Shown here piece after piece: positions 1 through 8,708 of a DNA stretch of 43,360 bases. Source of the stretch: Armatimonadota bacterium (GTDB lineage: Bacteria > Sysuimicrobiota > Sysuimicrobiia > Sysuimicrobiales > Kaftiobacteriaceae); the NCBI GenBank assembly GCA_016193565.1, contig JACPRY010000124.1:1-43360 (forward strand). The letters run 5' to 3'. The position numbers were made by a program, and so were the translations under genes. Numbering within the stretch: the first letter of the stretch is position 1; each line of letters starts with the position of its first letter. Under the pieces are notes generated by a model. The model was not told where the DNA came from. It saw only the letters and a program-made list of their open reading frames with translations, and ran no database searches.

Positions 1-1878
1 AAACAGGAGATCCTGGAACGCTACCTCAACCAGGTGTACTTCGGACATGGCGCCCACGGGGTCGGGCTGGCGGCTCACGTCTACTTCGACAAACCCGCCG
101 CGGATCTTAACCTCGCCGAGAGCGCGCTGCTGGCCGGCGTGATCCGTGCCCCGTCGATCTACTCTCTGTACCAGAATTTTGCCCTGGCCAAAGAGCGGCA
201 GGTCATTGTGCTACGTCGTATGGCAGCGCTGGGTTATCTCACCAATGAGCAGGCTCAGGCTGCCGTGGTACAGCCGATCCGTCTGGCTGAGGAGCGGAAC
301 GTCGGCCTGGTCGGCATCCGCGCGCCGTACTTCGTCTCGTACATCCTGCCATATCTGCTGGAGCGCTACGGCGAGAATCAAGTCTACAATGGCGGGCTAC
401 GAGTGTACACGACGCTCGATTTCGACATGCAGGCTGCCGCCGAGGTCGCGATCCGCGAGGGCATCGACGGCGCCCGGAAGCAAAATCTGAGCGTGACCCA
501 GGGAGCCCTGGTCGCGATTGAGCCGCGCACGGGGCACATCCGCGCGATCGTCGGCGGTTATGACTTCAGCGAGAGCCAGTTCAACCGCGCCTGGCAGGCC
601 CGCCGTCAGCCCGGCTCGTCCTTCAAACCGTTCATTTACCTGACTGCGCTTGCCGCCGGCATGCCCCCGACAAAGATCATTGATGACGCGCCTGTTGAGT
701 ACACCGTTCCCGGCCCCGAACCGCTATGGCAACCAAAGAACTACGACGAAAAATTCCGCGGTCCGGTCTCGATGCGTTACGCGCTCGAGCACTCGATCAA
801 CATTCCCGCGATCAAGACGCTGGCCGAGCTCGGGCCAGCGCAGGTGATCCCCTACGCGAAGCGCATGGGGATCACGAGTCCACTTGAGCCTAACCTCTCT
901 CTGGCGCTGGGCACCAATGACGTTACCCCGCTTGAGCTGGCCTCCGCGTACGGGACGCTAGCCGCGCTCGGCGTGCGCGCGGAGCCGATCGCCATCAAGA
1001 CGGTCCTAGACCGTTCGGGCCAGGTACTCGAGGAGCGCGAACCGCGCCAGGAGCTGGCGTTGAGCGCCGAGATCGCATATGTCATGACTGACCTCCTCAA
1101 GGGTGTGATGACTCGAGGAACCGGGCAGGGTGCGGCGATCGGCCGTCCCGCAGCGGGAAAGACCGGGACGACCGACGACTATCGCAACGCCTGGTTCATC
1201 GGGTACACGCCTCAGCTGGTCACGGCGGTGTGGGTCGGCAACGACGACAACTCGCCGATGAACGAGGTCGTCGGTGCGACGGTCCCCGCACGTGTCTGGG
1301 CGGCATTCATGAAGGTAGCGACGAAGGATTTGCCACCCGATGATTGGGTGATTCCGCCCGGGGTCACGGTGGTGACGGTCTGCGGGGAGACAGGCCTGCT
1401 GGCGACGAACGATTGCAAAGATCCCAGGTCCGAAGCGTTCATTGAAGGCACTGCGCCGGTGGAGTACGCGCGTGGCACCGGCGAGCCGCCTGGTCGCGCG
1501 GCTGTGCCCGGCGCAACCGCGGGCGGCGGACGCCCGACCCCTCCTCCCCACTCTTCGCTCCCATTGATCGTTACGGCCCCTGCCGACGGGGCGGTTGTCT
1601 CCTCGCCGTTCATGATCGAGGGGACGACCACGCCCGGGACAAAGGTCACCATCACGATCACCTTGCGCGAAGGTCTGCAAGAGGTCCAGGTGGAGCGATA
1701 CGTGACGGCCGCGAGGCGGGACGGACGATTCAAATACGAATTCCATCCGTCGCGGCTGGTCCCGGGGGCGCAATATGCCATCACCGTCACGGCGTCCCTT
1801 CGTACGGGCGAGTCGCAGACGGCCGCGATTACCGTATCGGAGCCTGGAGCGCCGGAAAACATTGAGCCCAAGGAATAG
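1..1878 (+). CDS. Class A penicillin-binding protein (PBP1A family transglycosylase/transpeptidase), 5' end cut by window edge
   Basis: Frame 1 is open from nt 1 (KQEILERYLNQVYFG is the end of the glycosyltransferase domain). Transpeptidase motifs SSFKP (SxxK), HSINIP (SxN) and KTGTT (KTG) are present. Track ORF 34..1878 is the same frame starting at an internal GTG. Confidence 0.9.
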   Translation, partial: KQEILERYLNQVYFGHGAHGVGLAAHVYFDKPAADLNLAESALLAGVIRAPSIYSLYQNFALAKERQVIVLRRMAALGYLTNEQAQAAVVQPIRLAEERNVGLVGIRAPYFVSYILPYLLERYGENQVYNGGLRVYTTLDFDMQAAAEVAIREGIDGARKQNLSVTQGALVAIEPRTGHIRAIVGGYDFSESQFNRAWQARRQPGSSFKPFIYLTALAAGMPPTKIIDDAPVEYTVPGPEPLWQPKNYDEKFRGPVSMRYALEHSINIPAIKTLAELGPAQVIPYAKRMGITSPLEPNLSLALGTNDVTPLELASAYGTLAALGVRAEPIAIKTVLDRSGQVLEEREPRQELALSAEIAYVMTDLLKGVMTRGTGQGAAIGRPAAGKTGTTDDYRNAWFIGYTPQLVTAVWVGNDDNSPMNEVVGATVPARVWAAFMKVATKDLPPDDWVIPPGVTVVTVCGETGLLATNDCKDPRSEAFIEGTAPVEYARGTGEPPGRAAVPGATAGGGRPTPPPHSSLPLIVTAPADGAVVSSPFMIEGTTTPGTKVTITITLREGLQEVQVERYVTAARRDGRFKYEFHPSRLVPGAQYAITVTASLRTGESQTAAITVSEPGAPENIEPKE

Positions 1879-1894
1879 TTGCAGGCTGATGCGC

Positions 1895-2302
1895 TTAAAG
1901 GTGGAGGCGTTCGAATCTCCCCGGTGTCATGATCTCGATCCCCCGGAATTGCTTCAAATCGACCAGGTGACGGTCCCCTGAAATGATTGCATCCACCGCT
2001 CCTGCCACAGCCGCCTCGAGAACGAGATTGTCGGCCGGGTCAGCCGTGACCACGACAACTCGCTCCCGCGGATAGACGATATGGTCGGGCCGATGCAGCC
2101 AGGCCAGAATTTCCGGTAACAACGGATGTGCTGCGAGAACCCGGAGTCGAGGATACTGAAGTACTGCGGTAAGTTCTTCTAGAAGCTCAGGCGATGCGAT
2201 GAATCGATGGAGTTCCGATCGCAGCGCCAGCAGGATCCGCCGCGGTGGCCCTTCCCAACCGATTGCTGAGACGATCGTGTTGGTATCAAGAACTTCCTTC
2301 AC
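1895..2302 (-). CDS. PIN-domain toxin of a type II toxin-antitoxin pair
   Basis: 135 aa. VLDTNTIVSAI at the N-terminus, ADPADNLVLEAAV and IISGDRHL acidic motifs typical of PIN-family TA toxins. The GTG start overlaps the antitoxin stop (GTGA at 2299-2302). Confidence 0.8.
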   Translation of the reverse strand: MKEVLDTNTIVSAIGWEGPPRRILLALRSELHRFIASPELLEELTAVLQYPRLRVLAAHPLLPEILAWLHRPDHIVYPRERVVVVTADPADNLVLEAAVAGAVDAIISGDRHLVDLKQFRGIEIMTPGRFERLHL

Positions 2303-2571
2303 TGCCGGCGTGTCGCACCGATGGCCTCATTGACTGCGCCCTTCGGAACTTTGCGGCGGCGAACTTCTAGGCCAATCGCCTCCAGGGCGGCCGCGAATCG
2401 AGCTCGGGCGGCCTCATCCTCCGCCCGTCGAAGCCTGGCGTATTCGGTATCGGACAGCAATACCGCCTGATCCTTTCCGCGCCGCCCAATGGTGACAGGT
2501 CCCTCCTCGCGCACTTCCTGCACGAGCCGGCCGAGCTGCTTCCTTGCTTCCTCTACCGGTACGTATTTCAT
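2299..2571 (-). CDS. Phd/YefM-family antitoxin
   Basis: 90 aa. The N-terminus MKYVPVEEARKQLGRLVQEV...PVTIGRRGKDQAVLLS is a typical Phd/YefM fold signature. It has a 4-nt overlap with the downstream PIN gene. Confidence 0.8.
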   Translation of the reverse strand: MKYVPVEEARKQLGRLVQEVREEGPVTIGRRGKDQAVLLSDTEYARLRRAEDEAARARFAAALEAIGLEVRRRKVPKGAVNEAIGATRRQ

Positions 2572-2590
2572 ACGGTTGACCTTACAGTAA

Positions 2591-2619
2591 ATCTTACACT
2601 AAGCTGCGTCGAATTTCAA
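2591..2619 (-). promoter_or_regulatory. Putative sigma-70 promoter of the Phd/PIN operon
   Basis: Minus strand reads TTGAAA (2619-2614), 17 nt, TAAGAT (2596-2591), about 19 nt before the ATG at 2571. A direct repeat TGTAAG-N6-TGTAAG overlaps the -10 and could be an operator. Confidence 0.35.
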
Positions 2620-2687
2620 CGGGGAAATTGGACTTAGGCCAGAAGACGGGTGGCATCGCCATGTACCGGAGCGGATCGACTCGACCA

Positions 2688-2750
2688 TGGCGGAGGGCTG
2701 TGCGAATCGAACCTACCGGGGACCGACCGGCCTCCCGCCGGTTTTGAAGA
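2688..2750 (-). pseudogene. Degenerate copy of the 3' half of tRNA-Sec (anticodon loop to CCA end)
   Basis: 63 nt match 9294..9356 at 60/63 positions, in the same orientation. Two of the three mismatches break the T-stem (gtgcg vs gtagg), and no 5' half is present. Similarity resumes 3' of the tRNA end (ggagcgga at 2668-2675 vs 9284-9291). Confidence 0.75.
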
Positions 2751-3198
2751 GAGTCGGAGTGAATGTGCCTGATGACCCCCGTTATGGCTCGCTGTGAACT
2801 CCTTGTTTGATGCGGCCTTCAGACAGGCCTATGCCTGGTACGTCCTGCCGAATCCTCCCGTAGCCTGCCGCAAACTGCTGGGTGAAGCAACCACGAAGCA
2901 ACCGGAACTGAAGAGCCATACGGAGGACGCGTCGCAGCCAGGATAGGGATAACAGCCTGGAGTGTATTTGTCAGATCCGGAGGGCGAGACTCTTCCCCTA
3001 TCGGTTTAGCATCACAAGGTAGCTCGGCTATTGCTCTCTAGCGTGATTTCTACTAGGTAGTGGTGATGCCTGTGAGTTGGTCGAAGAGGCGGAAGAGGAG
3101 GATTCTCTGACGCAGCACCTGTAGAAGCACCCCAAAGCGAAGGCCGAGCGACCGGCTCCGGATCCCGGTATGGACTCAGCCACAGGAGAATCTCCCGG

Positions 3199-3450
3199 TC
3201 ACCGGCCGCTCGGCGGGTGTCTTCGCAGCAGGTAGAGCGGACAGAACCCGAACAACCCGGTGGGGACAAGGTACAGCCCCACTGATGTCGCAGCAACCTG
3301 GATCGCGTCCGTGCCTTCCAGCCATGCGAAGCCGGGGTTGGCGAACCCGAGGTTGCCGAGCACCAGCCCCACGACGATGCGGATGAACCGCTCCGGATAA
3401 TCGACGTTGCGAATCAGCACGCTTCTCCTCACACCTCTCCTGCTGGCCAT
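3199..3450 (-). CDS. DUF2892 (YgaP-like) small membrane protein
   Basis: 83 aa. NVDYPERFIRIVVGLVL...TGLFGFCPLYLL matches the DUF2892 pattern (DRxxRxxxG ... GxCPxY). GAGG lies 4-5 nt before the ATG. Confidence 0.7.
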   Translation of the reverse strand: MASRRGVRRSVLIRNVDYPERFIRIVVGLVLGNLGFANPGFAWLEGTDAIQVAATSVGLYLVPTGLFGFCPLYLLRRHPPSGR

Positions 3451-3457
3451 AAGGCCT

Positions 3458-3500
3458 CACAAACAGAACGCGGCCCAGCGCTGCCCGCCTGCTGGACCGC
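3458..3500 (-). terminator. Hairpin plus T-rich tail downstream of terC (member of a repeated terminator family)
   Basis: Minus strand reads GCGGTCCAGC - 11 nt - GCTGGGCCGC (10-bp stem with one G-U pair), followed by GTTCTGTTTGTG. It lies 68 nt after the TerC stop. Sequence is related to the hairpin at 5361..5402. Confidence 0.5.
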
Positions 3501-3567
3501 GGCGCGACTCTCGTCACCGAGCTCCGCGCTACCTTCCTGTTCTATTGGCTACGAGGGACTCACAGGC

Positions 3568-4521
3568 TCACTCTGAGCCCGCCTCCTCCGCGACGACCTG
3601 GCGACGCGCCAGCACGCGGTTGCGCACGACTGAAGCCGCCACCGAAATGGCGAGAACAGCGCTGATGACCGCCAGCGACGCGGTGATGGGCATCTTGTAG
3701 ACGTCGCTCGCGATCATTTTGACGCCGACAAACGCCAGGATGACCCCAAGCCCGTACCGCAGGTAGTGGAACAGATCCATCACGCCTGCCAGCACGAAGT
3801 AGAGCGCGCGCAGCCCCAGGATGGCGAAAACGTTGGAGGTGTACACGATGAACGGGTCGCGCGTGATAGCGATGACCGCAGGAATGGAGTCCACCGCGAA
3901 CACCAAGTCGGTGCTCTCGATCACAGCCAGGACCACCAGCAGCGGCGTCGCCAGGCGCCGCCCCTCCCGCACAACGAAGAACCGGTGCCCCTCGTACCCG
4001 GGAGTGATCGAGACGCGGCGGCGCAGGACCTTGAGGACGGGGTTGCGCTCGGGGTGTACGGAAGTCTCGCGCTGCGTCAGCATCTTCCACGCGGTGTAGA
4101 TCAGGACGGCCCCGAAGAGGTAGATCACCCAGTGGAAGTACTTCAGCAGCGCAAGGCCGGTGGCGATGAAGATCGCCCGCGTAATCAGGGCGCCCAGGAT
4201 CCCCCAGAAAAGCACGCGGTGGTGGTAGGCTGCGGGCACGGCGAAGTACGTGAAGATCACCAGGAAGACGAAGATGTTGTCGACGCTGAGCGACTTCTCG
4301 ATCAGGTAGGCGGCGAGGAACTCCAGCGCCGGCTCGGGGCCGCGGAACATGTACACCCCGACGTTGAACACCAGGGCCAGCGCGATCCAGATCGCGGTCC
4401 AGACTCCCGCCTCCCGCAGGCTGACCGTATGGGCGCGCCGGTGGAACACGCCGAGATCGAGGGCCAGCATGCCCAGGACGAAGAGGTTGAACACCACCCA
4501 TAGCAGAATCGTCGGCGTCAC
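3568..4521 (-). CDS. TerC-family integral membrane protein (Alx/YkoY-like)
   Basis: 317 aa, multi-pass hydrophobic. Contains the paired TerC motifs EKSLSVDNIFVF and ESTDLVFAVDSIPAV. The start overlaps the upstream DUF2294 stop by 4 nt. Confidence 0.9.
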   Translation of the reverse strand: MTPTILLWVVFNLFVLGMLALDLGVFHRRAHTVSLREAGVWTAIWIALALVFNVGVYMFRGPEPALEFLAAYLIEKSLSVDNIFVFLVIFTYFAVPAAYHHRVLFWGILGALITRAIFIATGLALLKYFHWVIYLFGAVLIYTAWKMLTQRETSVHPERNPVLKVLRRRVSITPGYEGHRFFVVREGRRLATPLLVVLAVIESTDLVFAVDSIPAVIAITRDPFIVYTSNVFAILGLRALYFVLAGVMDLFHYLRYGLGVILAFVGVKMIASDVYKMPITASLAVISAVLAISVAASVVRNRVLARRQVVAEEAGSE

Positions 4522-4919
4522 CGCAGCTGCTCCTCCAGGTTCTGGTCCAGCGTCACCGCGATGAGACGCTCTCCGGTCCGCGTGCTAATGTCGGTGTGCA
4601 GGCTCACGACCCGGCAGCCGGTCACGCGAGTGATCACCGCCTCGAGGGCGGGACGGGAGCCTTCCAGGAGTTCGTTGCGCATCTGCTTGATCAGCCTGCG
4701 CCCTTCGTTCGTCTTGAGCAATTCCCGCTCGGCCGGCGTCAGCACGTTCTTTAGGCGGACGAGGATGAGGTCGCCCAGGATGTAGCTCTTGGCCTCATCC
4801 GGCCCCCGGCCCATCTGCTCGCGCTGGAACTGCATCATCGCCTCGCTGATCTCCGCTTCCAGCTGCCCTTTGGTCCTGCGCCGCTCGACGTGGTCGGTCA
4901 TACTGGATCTGTACGGCAT
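4518..4919 (-). CDS. DUF2294-family protein
   Basis: 133 aa. TKGQLEAEISEAMMQFQREQMGRGP...VRLKNVLTPAERELL...SLHTDISTRTGERLIAVTL is the typical DUF2294 pattern. GGGGGCGG lies upstream of the ATG at 4919. Confidence 0.75.
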   Translation of the reverse strand: MPYRSSMTDHVERRRTKGQLEAEISEAMMQFQREQMGRGPDEAKSYILGDLILVRLKNVLTPAERELLKTNEGRRLIKQMRNELLEGSRPALEAVITRVTGCRVVSLHTDISTRTGERLIAVTLDQNLEEQLR

Positions 4920-4937
4920 GGCCGCCCCCGGGCCATC

Positions 4938-5330
4938 CTACGCGCCGACGCGATCAGTGCGTTGCCGGGGCTCCAGCTCCAGCAGCAGCGTCGGATCGCC
5001 GTCCTCGCCCGTGACCACCTCGAATCCTCCGACCACGGCCGCCCCTGTGTGCTCCTCCACCGCCGTCCAGATCATCGGGCCCAGGTCGACCAGCAGGTCG
5101 CGCTCCCAACACGCGAGGGCGGCGCGCCCCTGGGGCGTGCGGCGCAGCCGGTCCTCAAACGGACTGCGGATGACGGACAGCGTGAGACGGATCAGGTCTC
5201 CCTCCTGAACGACGCGAAACCGCCGGAGCGGCCCCGGCGCTCGTTCCAGGAGGTAATGCACGAGCAAGGCGTTCAGCGACGCCTCGAGGCGCTCGGGGCC
5301 CCCGGTGCCCTGCCTGGCCGATCTCACCAC
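4938..5330 (-). CDS. Divergent DUF2294-like paralog (start uncertain)
   Basis: Aligns by eye with the downstream DUF2294 gene (LEA..., GDLI, P.E..L, GR, TG..VV). The first 15 codons of track ORF 4938..5405 are the terminator hairpin at 5361..5402, so an internal GTG near 5330 is more likely the start. Confidence 0.5.
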   Translation of the reverse strand: MVRSARQGTGGPERLEASLNALLVHYLLERAPGPLRRFRVVQEGDLIRLTLSVIRSPFEDRLRRTPQGRAALACWERDLLVDLGPMIWTAVEEHTGAAVVGGFEVVTGEDGDPTLLLELEPRQRTDRVGA

Positions 5331-5360
5331 GGCGGTCCTGTCTGCCTCCTCAACGGGGCG

Positions 5361-5402
5361 CACAAACAAAAGCGGTCCAGCGCCCCATCCGCGCTGGACC
5401 GC
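5361..5402 (-). terminator. Rho-independent terminator (or leader attenuator) between UPF0182 and the DUF2294/TerC operon
   Basis: Minus strand has a perfect 12-bp stem GCGGTCCAGCGC / GCGCTGGACCGC with a 7-nt loop, followed immediately by TTTTGTTTGTG. Confidence 0.7.
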
Positions 5403-5621
5403 CACGCAACTGCGGCAGCCTGCCCGCCACCGCGCAACCTTCCAGGTGCTGCTTTAGGCTAGCAGATTTCCGGGGATTCCGGCAATGGCCTGGCCTACCG
5501 TTCTGCCACCGATCTGACCGGCGAGCCCTCGCCCCGCAGCCGACGGATCATCGCCAGCGCGACGGCCCTGAGCACCGGAATCCTCGCTGCCGAATCCTGC
5601 TCGAATCGTCCCTGCCCCGCC

Positions 5622-8216
5622 CTACCGTCGCTCAAGCGCCTGCAGCAGCCGCTGCAGGTCGGCCTCGAGCGCGCGCAGTTCGTCCTGGATCCGCGCCTGT
5701 CGCGCCTGCAGCGCCCTCAGCAGTGCAACCGGATCGGTTGCAGCGCCGCTGTCAACGGGCGGTCGCGCCCGCTCCGCTTCAGGCCGGCGTTGCAGCGGGG
5801 CCGCGAACAGCCCGCGCAGCGCCGTGCTCACCGTCGGCTCCATGACCACGCGGTTTCCGCTGGCCAGGATCACGCGCTTCATCTCCGGCAGCCGGCCCTG
5901 CTCGGCCTGGAGGTAAATCGGCTCGACGTAGAGGGCTTCGATCTGCATCGGGCCGAAGACCAGTTTGTCCTTCGGGTAGCGGAACGCCAGCAGCTTCCCG
6001 TAGTGTTCACCGTCGGAGCGCGCCGCCAGCCAGGTGATCATGTTCTGCTTACCGGGCGGCGTGTAGGGAAGAATCAGCATGAACTCCTCGCGGGGCGCGT
6101 CCGGCAGGCGCATGATCACGTAGTACGGCGCCATCTCCCGCGGCTTGTCGATGTAGATCTCCTCGGGGAGCACCCAGACATCTTCCTTGTTGTAGAAGAC
6201 GCGGGGATCCTGCATGTGGAAGAGGCGGTACATTTCCGCCTGCGCCGCGAACAAGTCCTGCGGGTACCGCAGGTGCGCCCGCAGCGCAGCCGGCAGTTCT
6301 GCCAGCGGTCGCAGCAGACCCGGGAAAATCCTGGAGTAGGTGCGGATCAGCGGGTCTGCGGGCTCCGCCACGTACAGCGTCACCGTGCCGTGGTAGGCGT
6401 CCACCACGGCCTTGACGCTGTTGCGCAGGTAGTTGAACCCCTCCCGGTGCGGCTGGGCGTAGGGATAGCGGTTGCTGTAAGTGTACGCGTCGAGAATCCA
6501 GAAGAGGCGGCCGTCGGCCACGACGACGTAGGGGTCGCGGTCCAGGCGCAGGAAGGGCGCCAGCCGGGCCACCCGCTCCCTGACGTTGCGATGGTAGAGG
6601 ATCACGCTGCGCGACGTGATGGCGTCGGTGAGGAGGATGTTCAGGTCGCGGAAACGCCAGGCGAAGAGGAGACGCCGGCCCAGGGATCCGATGTGCACGC
6701 CGGTCTTGCCATCGTAGGTCGTGTACACGTTCTCCTCGCCCTTGGGATAGCTGAACTCGGGGAACCGCGCGCGCACGATCACGTAGTCCGTGGCCCGCTC
6801 GCTGAAGTACAGCTCCGGCCGGTCGATCGGGATCTTCCCCCGCGGCGGCACGTCCTGCAGGAAGAGCGTGGGCAGGCCCTCCGGGGTTACCTCGTTCACC
6901 GCGCTCATGGCCACCCCGTAGCCGTGGGTGAACTGCAGGCGCCGGTTGACCCAGGTCTGGGCCTGCGGCGGCAGCCGTTGGGGCGCCAGTTCCCGGGCGC
7001 CGAGCATGACCTGGCGGTACCGGCCGTCGATCGTGTAGCGGTCCACGTCGATGCTGACGAAGTCGTAGTACAGCCGGATGCTCTGGATCTGGTTGTACGT
7101 GGTGAGCAGAGGCTCGGGGTCCCAGAGGCGGATGTTTCCAATGGTCGCGGGGCGCTGAGCGATCTCCTCGGCGGTGACCATCTCCTCCCCTGCCGTCGGG
7201 ACCTCGGCGATGCGATCCAGGGCGAAGGCCTGGCGCGTCAGGCGAATGGTGCGGTCGATGTAGGGACGCTCGCGTTCCAGTTCTTGCGGCTGGACGATCA
7301 ACCGCTGGAACAGCCCGGGATACAGCACGCCGACGAGGATCGCCGCTGCCGCCCACGCTCCAGCGGCGTACCCCGCAACGCGGACTCCCGGCTGGCGGAC
7401 GCCGACGAGCAGCACGGCGGCCAGCAGCAGGGAGAGCACAACGAGAAACCACAGCGCCGGCAGGCGGGCGTGGATGTCGGCAAACCCGGCGCCGAAGGCC
7501 GCGCCGCGCGGCGAATGGACGAGTTCGTAGATGCTGAGCCGCTGTCCCCAGGCCACCAGGGCGAGGACCGCGGCCCCCAGCCCGAAAAGGTGCGCCCGCA
7601 TCGGCCGGGAGAAGAGCGCGCCTCCTGCAGGACGGGGCCACGACGCCGCGTCGTCGCGCGCCTCGATTGGAACCTGGGGCAGCACGATCTTGAAGACATA
7701 GACGGCTGCCGCAACGATCAGCGCAAAGAAGACGGCCGCAAGCAGCCACCCCTGCACGAGCCGGTACAGTGGAAGGGTGAAAACATAGAAGGCCACGTCT
7801 CGGCCGAACAGCGGGTCGGCCGTCCCGAAGGCGGTGGGACGCAGGAACCGGAGCACCTCCGGCCACCGCGCGGCCAGCGATCCCGCCATCATCAGGGCGA
7901 GCAGCAGGCTGCCGCCGAGAACCGCGGCGCGGAACGGTCGCGCCATGGCGCGGACCTGCGCGCTGCCGGGGAGCTCCACCTGGCCGATTGCCCGGTCGCT
8001 CAGACGCCTGGCCAGCACGGCGCTGCCCAACAGGAGAACGAGCGACGCGGCCCCGCCCACGGCAAACAGCGCCGCCTGGGTCAGCAGCCGTGTGCGGTAG
8101 ACGCCGGCGAAGCCCAGGTCGGCGAACCACAGCCAGTCGGTGTACAGACCCAGCGCTTTCGGCACGAACCAGAACACCAGCGCGATAGCCAGAACGACGA
8201 GGGTTCTCACGCTCAC
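5622..8216 (-). CDS. UPF0182-family large membrane protein
   Basis: 864 aa. The N-terminal part has multiple TM helices and is followed by a large soluble domain. Family-typical strings are present (WLWFADLGF, RLWDPEPL, FTHGYG, LYVEPIYLQAE, PEMKRVI). GTG start. See the finding on a possible internal gap. Confidence 0.85.
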   Translation of the reverse strand: MSVRTLVVLAIALVFWFVPKALGLYTDWLWFADLGFAGVYRTRLLTQAALFAVGGAASLVLLLGSAVLARRLSDRAIGQVELPGSAQVRAMARPFRAAVLGGSLLLALMMAGSLAARWPEVLRFLRPTAFGTADPLFGRDVAFYVFTLPLYRLVQGWLLAAVFFALIVAAAVYVFKIVLPQVPIEARDDAASWPRPAGGALFSRPMRAHLFGLGAAVLALVAWGQRLSIYELVHSPRGAAFGAGFADIHARLPALWFLVVLSLLLAAVLLVGVRQPGVRVAGYAAGAWAAAAILVGVLYPGLFQRLIVQPQELERERPYIDRTIRLTRQAFALDRIAEVPTAGEEMVTAEEIAQRPATIGNIRLWDPEPLLTTYNQIQSIRLYYDFVSIDVDRYTIDGRYRQVMLGARELAPQRLPPQAQTWVNRRLQFTHGYGVAMSAVNEVTPEGLPTLFLQDVPPRGKIPIDRPELYFSERATDYVIVRARFPEFSYPKGEENVYTTYDGKTGVHIGSLGRRLLFAWRFRDLNILLTDAITSRSVILYHRNVRERVARLAPFLRLDRDPYVVVADGRLFWILDAYTYSNRYPYAQPHREGFNYLRNSVKAVVDAYHGTVTLYVAEPADPLIRTYSRIFPGLLRPLAELPAALRAHLRYPQDLFAAQAEMYRLFHMQDPRVFYNKEDVWVLPEEIYIDKPREMAPYYVIMRLPDAPREEFMLILPYTPPGKQNMITWLAARSDGEHYGKLLAFRYPKDKLVFGPMQIEALYVEPIYLQAEQGRLPEMKRVILASGNRVVMEPTVSTALRGLFAAPLQRRPEAERARPPVDSGAATDPVALLRALQARQARIQDELRALEADLQRLLQALERR

Positions 8217-8257
8217 GGCGACGGCTCTCCTTTCAATCTACGGATCTGGTGATCCCG

Positions 8258-8292
8258 AGAAAACAAAAATGGTCCAGCGCTCATCTGCGCGG
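8258..8292 (-). terminator. Weak terminator-like element after vapC (partial copy of the GGTCCAGCGC family)
   Basis: Minus strand has a short GC stem (GCGC/GCGC plus 2 bp), then ACCATTTTTGTTTTC. It shares AACAAAA-NN-GGTCCAGCGC with 5361..5402. Confidence 0.3.
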
Positions 8293-8303
8293 TTTCACAG
8301 CGA

Positions 8304-8708
8304 TCATGGAATAATCGTAAAGGCGCGGCGACCGACCCTGTACGTAGTGAAGTTCCGGCGGTCCAGCGTGAACACCTCCTGGATGCCTTCGCGCTCGGCC
8401 ACACGCACCAGCGTCGCATCTGCGAGGTCCATCGGCAGGTCCTGGTACTTCTGTATCAGTACACGGACTCTCGGGATGTCAGACTCATCGATCGGTAGGA
8501 CCCGCAGAGCACCGCGTTCGACCATTTCGAGCAACGCATCCTGCGCCTGGCCCGAGAAGCTCAGCAAGTACATTGCTTCCGTCAGTGGGGGCCAAGTGGT
8601 GGTCAGAACGGTGCGCACCTTTCTGAGCGCCGCGACACACCGGGCATGGTCCTGATCGTCCCGGTGTAACAGCGCCACGAGGGGCCCGGCGTCGATCAGG
8701 ATCATCAT
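8304..8708 (-). CDS. vapC: VapC-type PIN-domain toxin
   Basis: 134 aa. MILIDAGPLVALL start, DLADATLVRVAERE and TLDRRNF motifs. ATGA overlap with the upstream antitoxin. Confidence 0.85.
   Translation of the reverse strand: MMILIDAGPLVALLHRDDQDHARCVAALRKVRTVLTTTWPPLTEAMYLLSFSGQAQDALLEMVERGALRVLPIDESDIPRVRVLIQKYQDLPMDLADATLVRVAEREGIQEVFTLDRRNFTTYRVGRRAFTIIP

Noticed and set aside
5403-5621. A yybP-ykoY (Mn) riboswitch upstream of the DUF2294/TerC operon
   Set aside because: TerC-family genes are often controlled by this riboswitch, so I looked for it. I could not find the conserved GGGGAGUAG and GACA-type loops on the minus strand. Only a terminator hairpin is evident. A covariance-model scan would be needed to be sure.
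5790-8252. Very long plus-strand ORFs antisense to well-supported genes (5790..8252, 11607..13172, 14473..15891, 16061..17470, 20336..21334, 21449..22972, 26512..27885, 34046..35266, 40070..41350)
   Set aside because: They are Arg/Pro/Gly/His-rich and low-complexity with no recognisable motifs. Each lies opposite a gene with clear family signatures. Such shadow ORFs are expected in GC-rich DNA where stop codons are rare.
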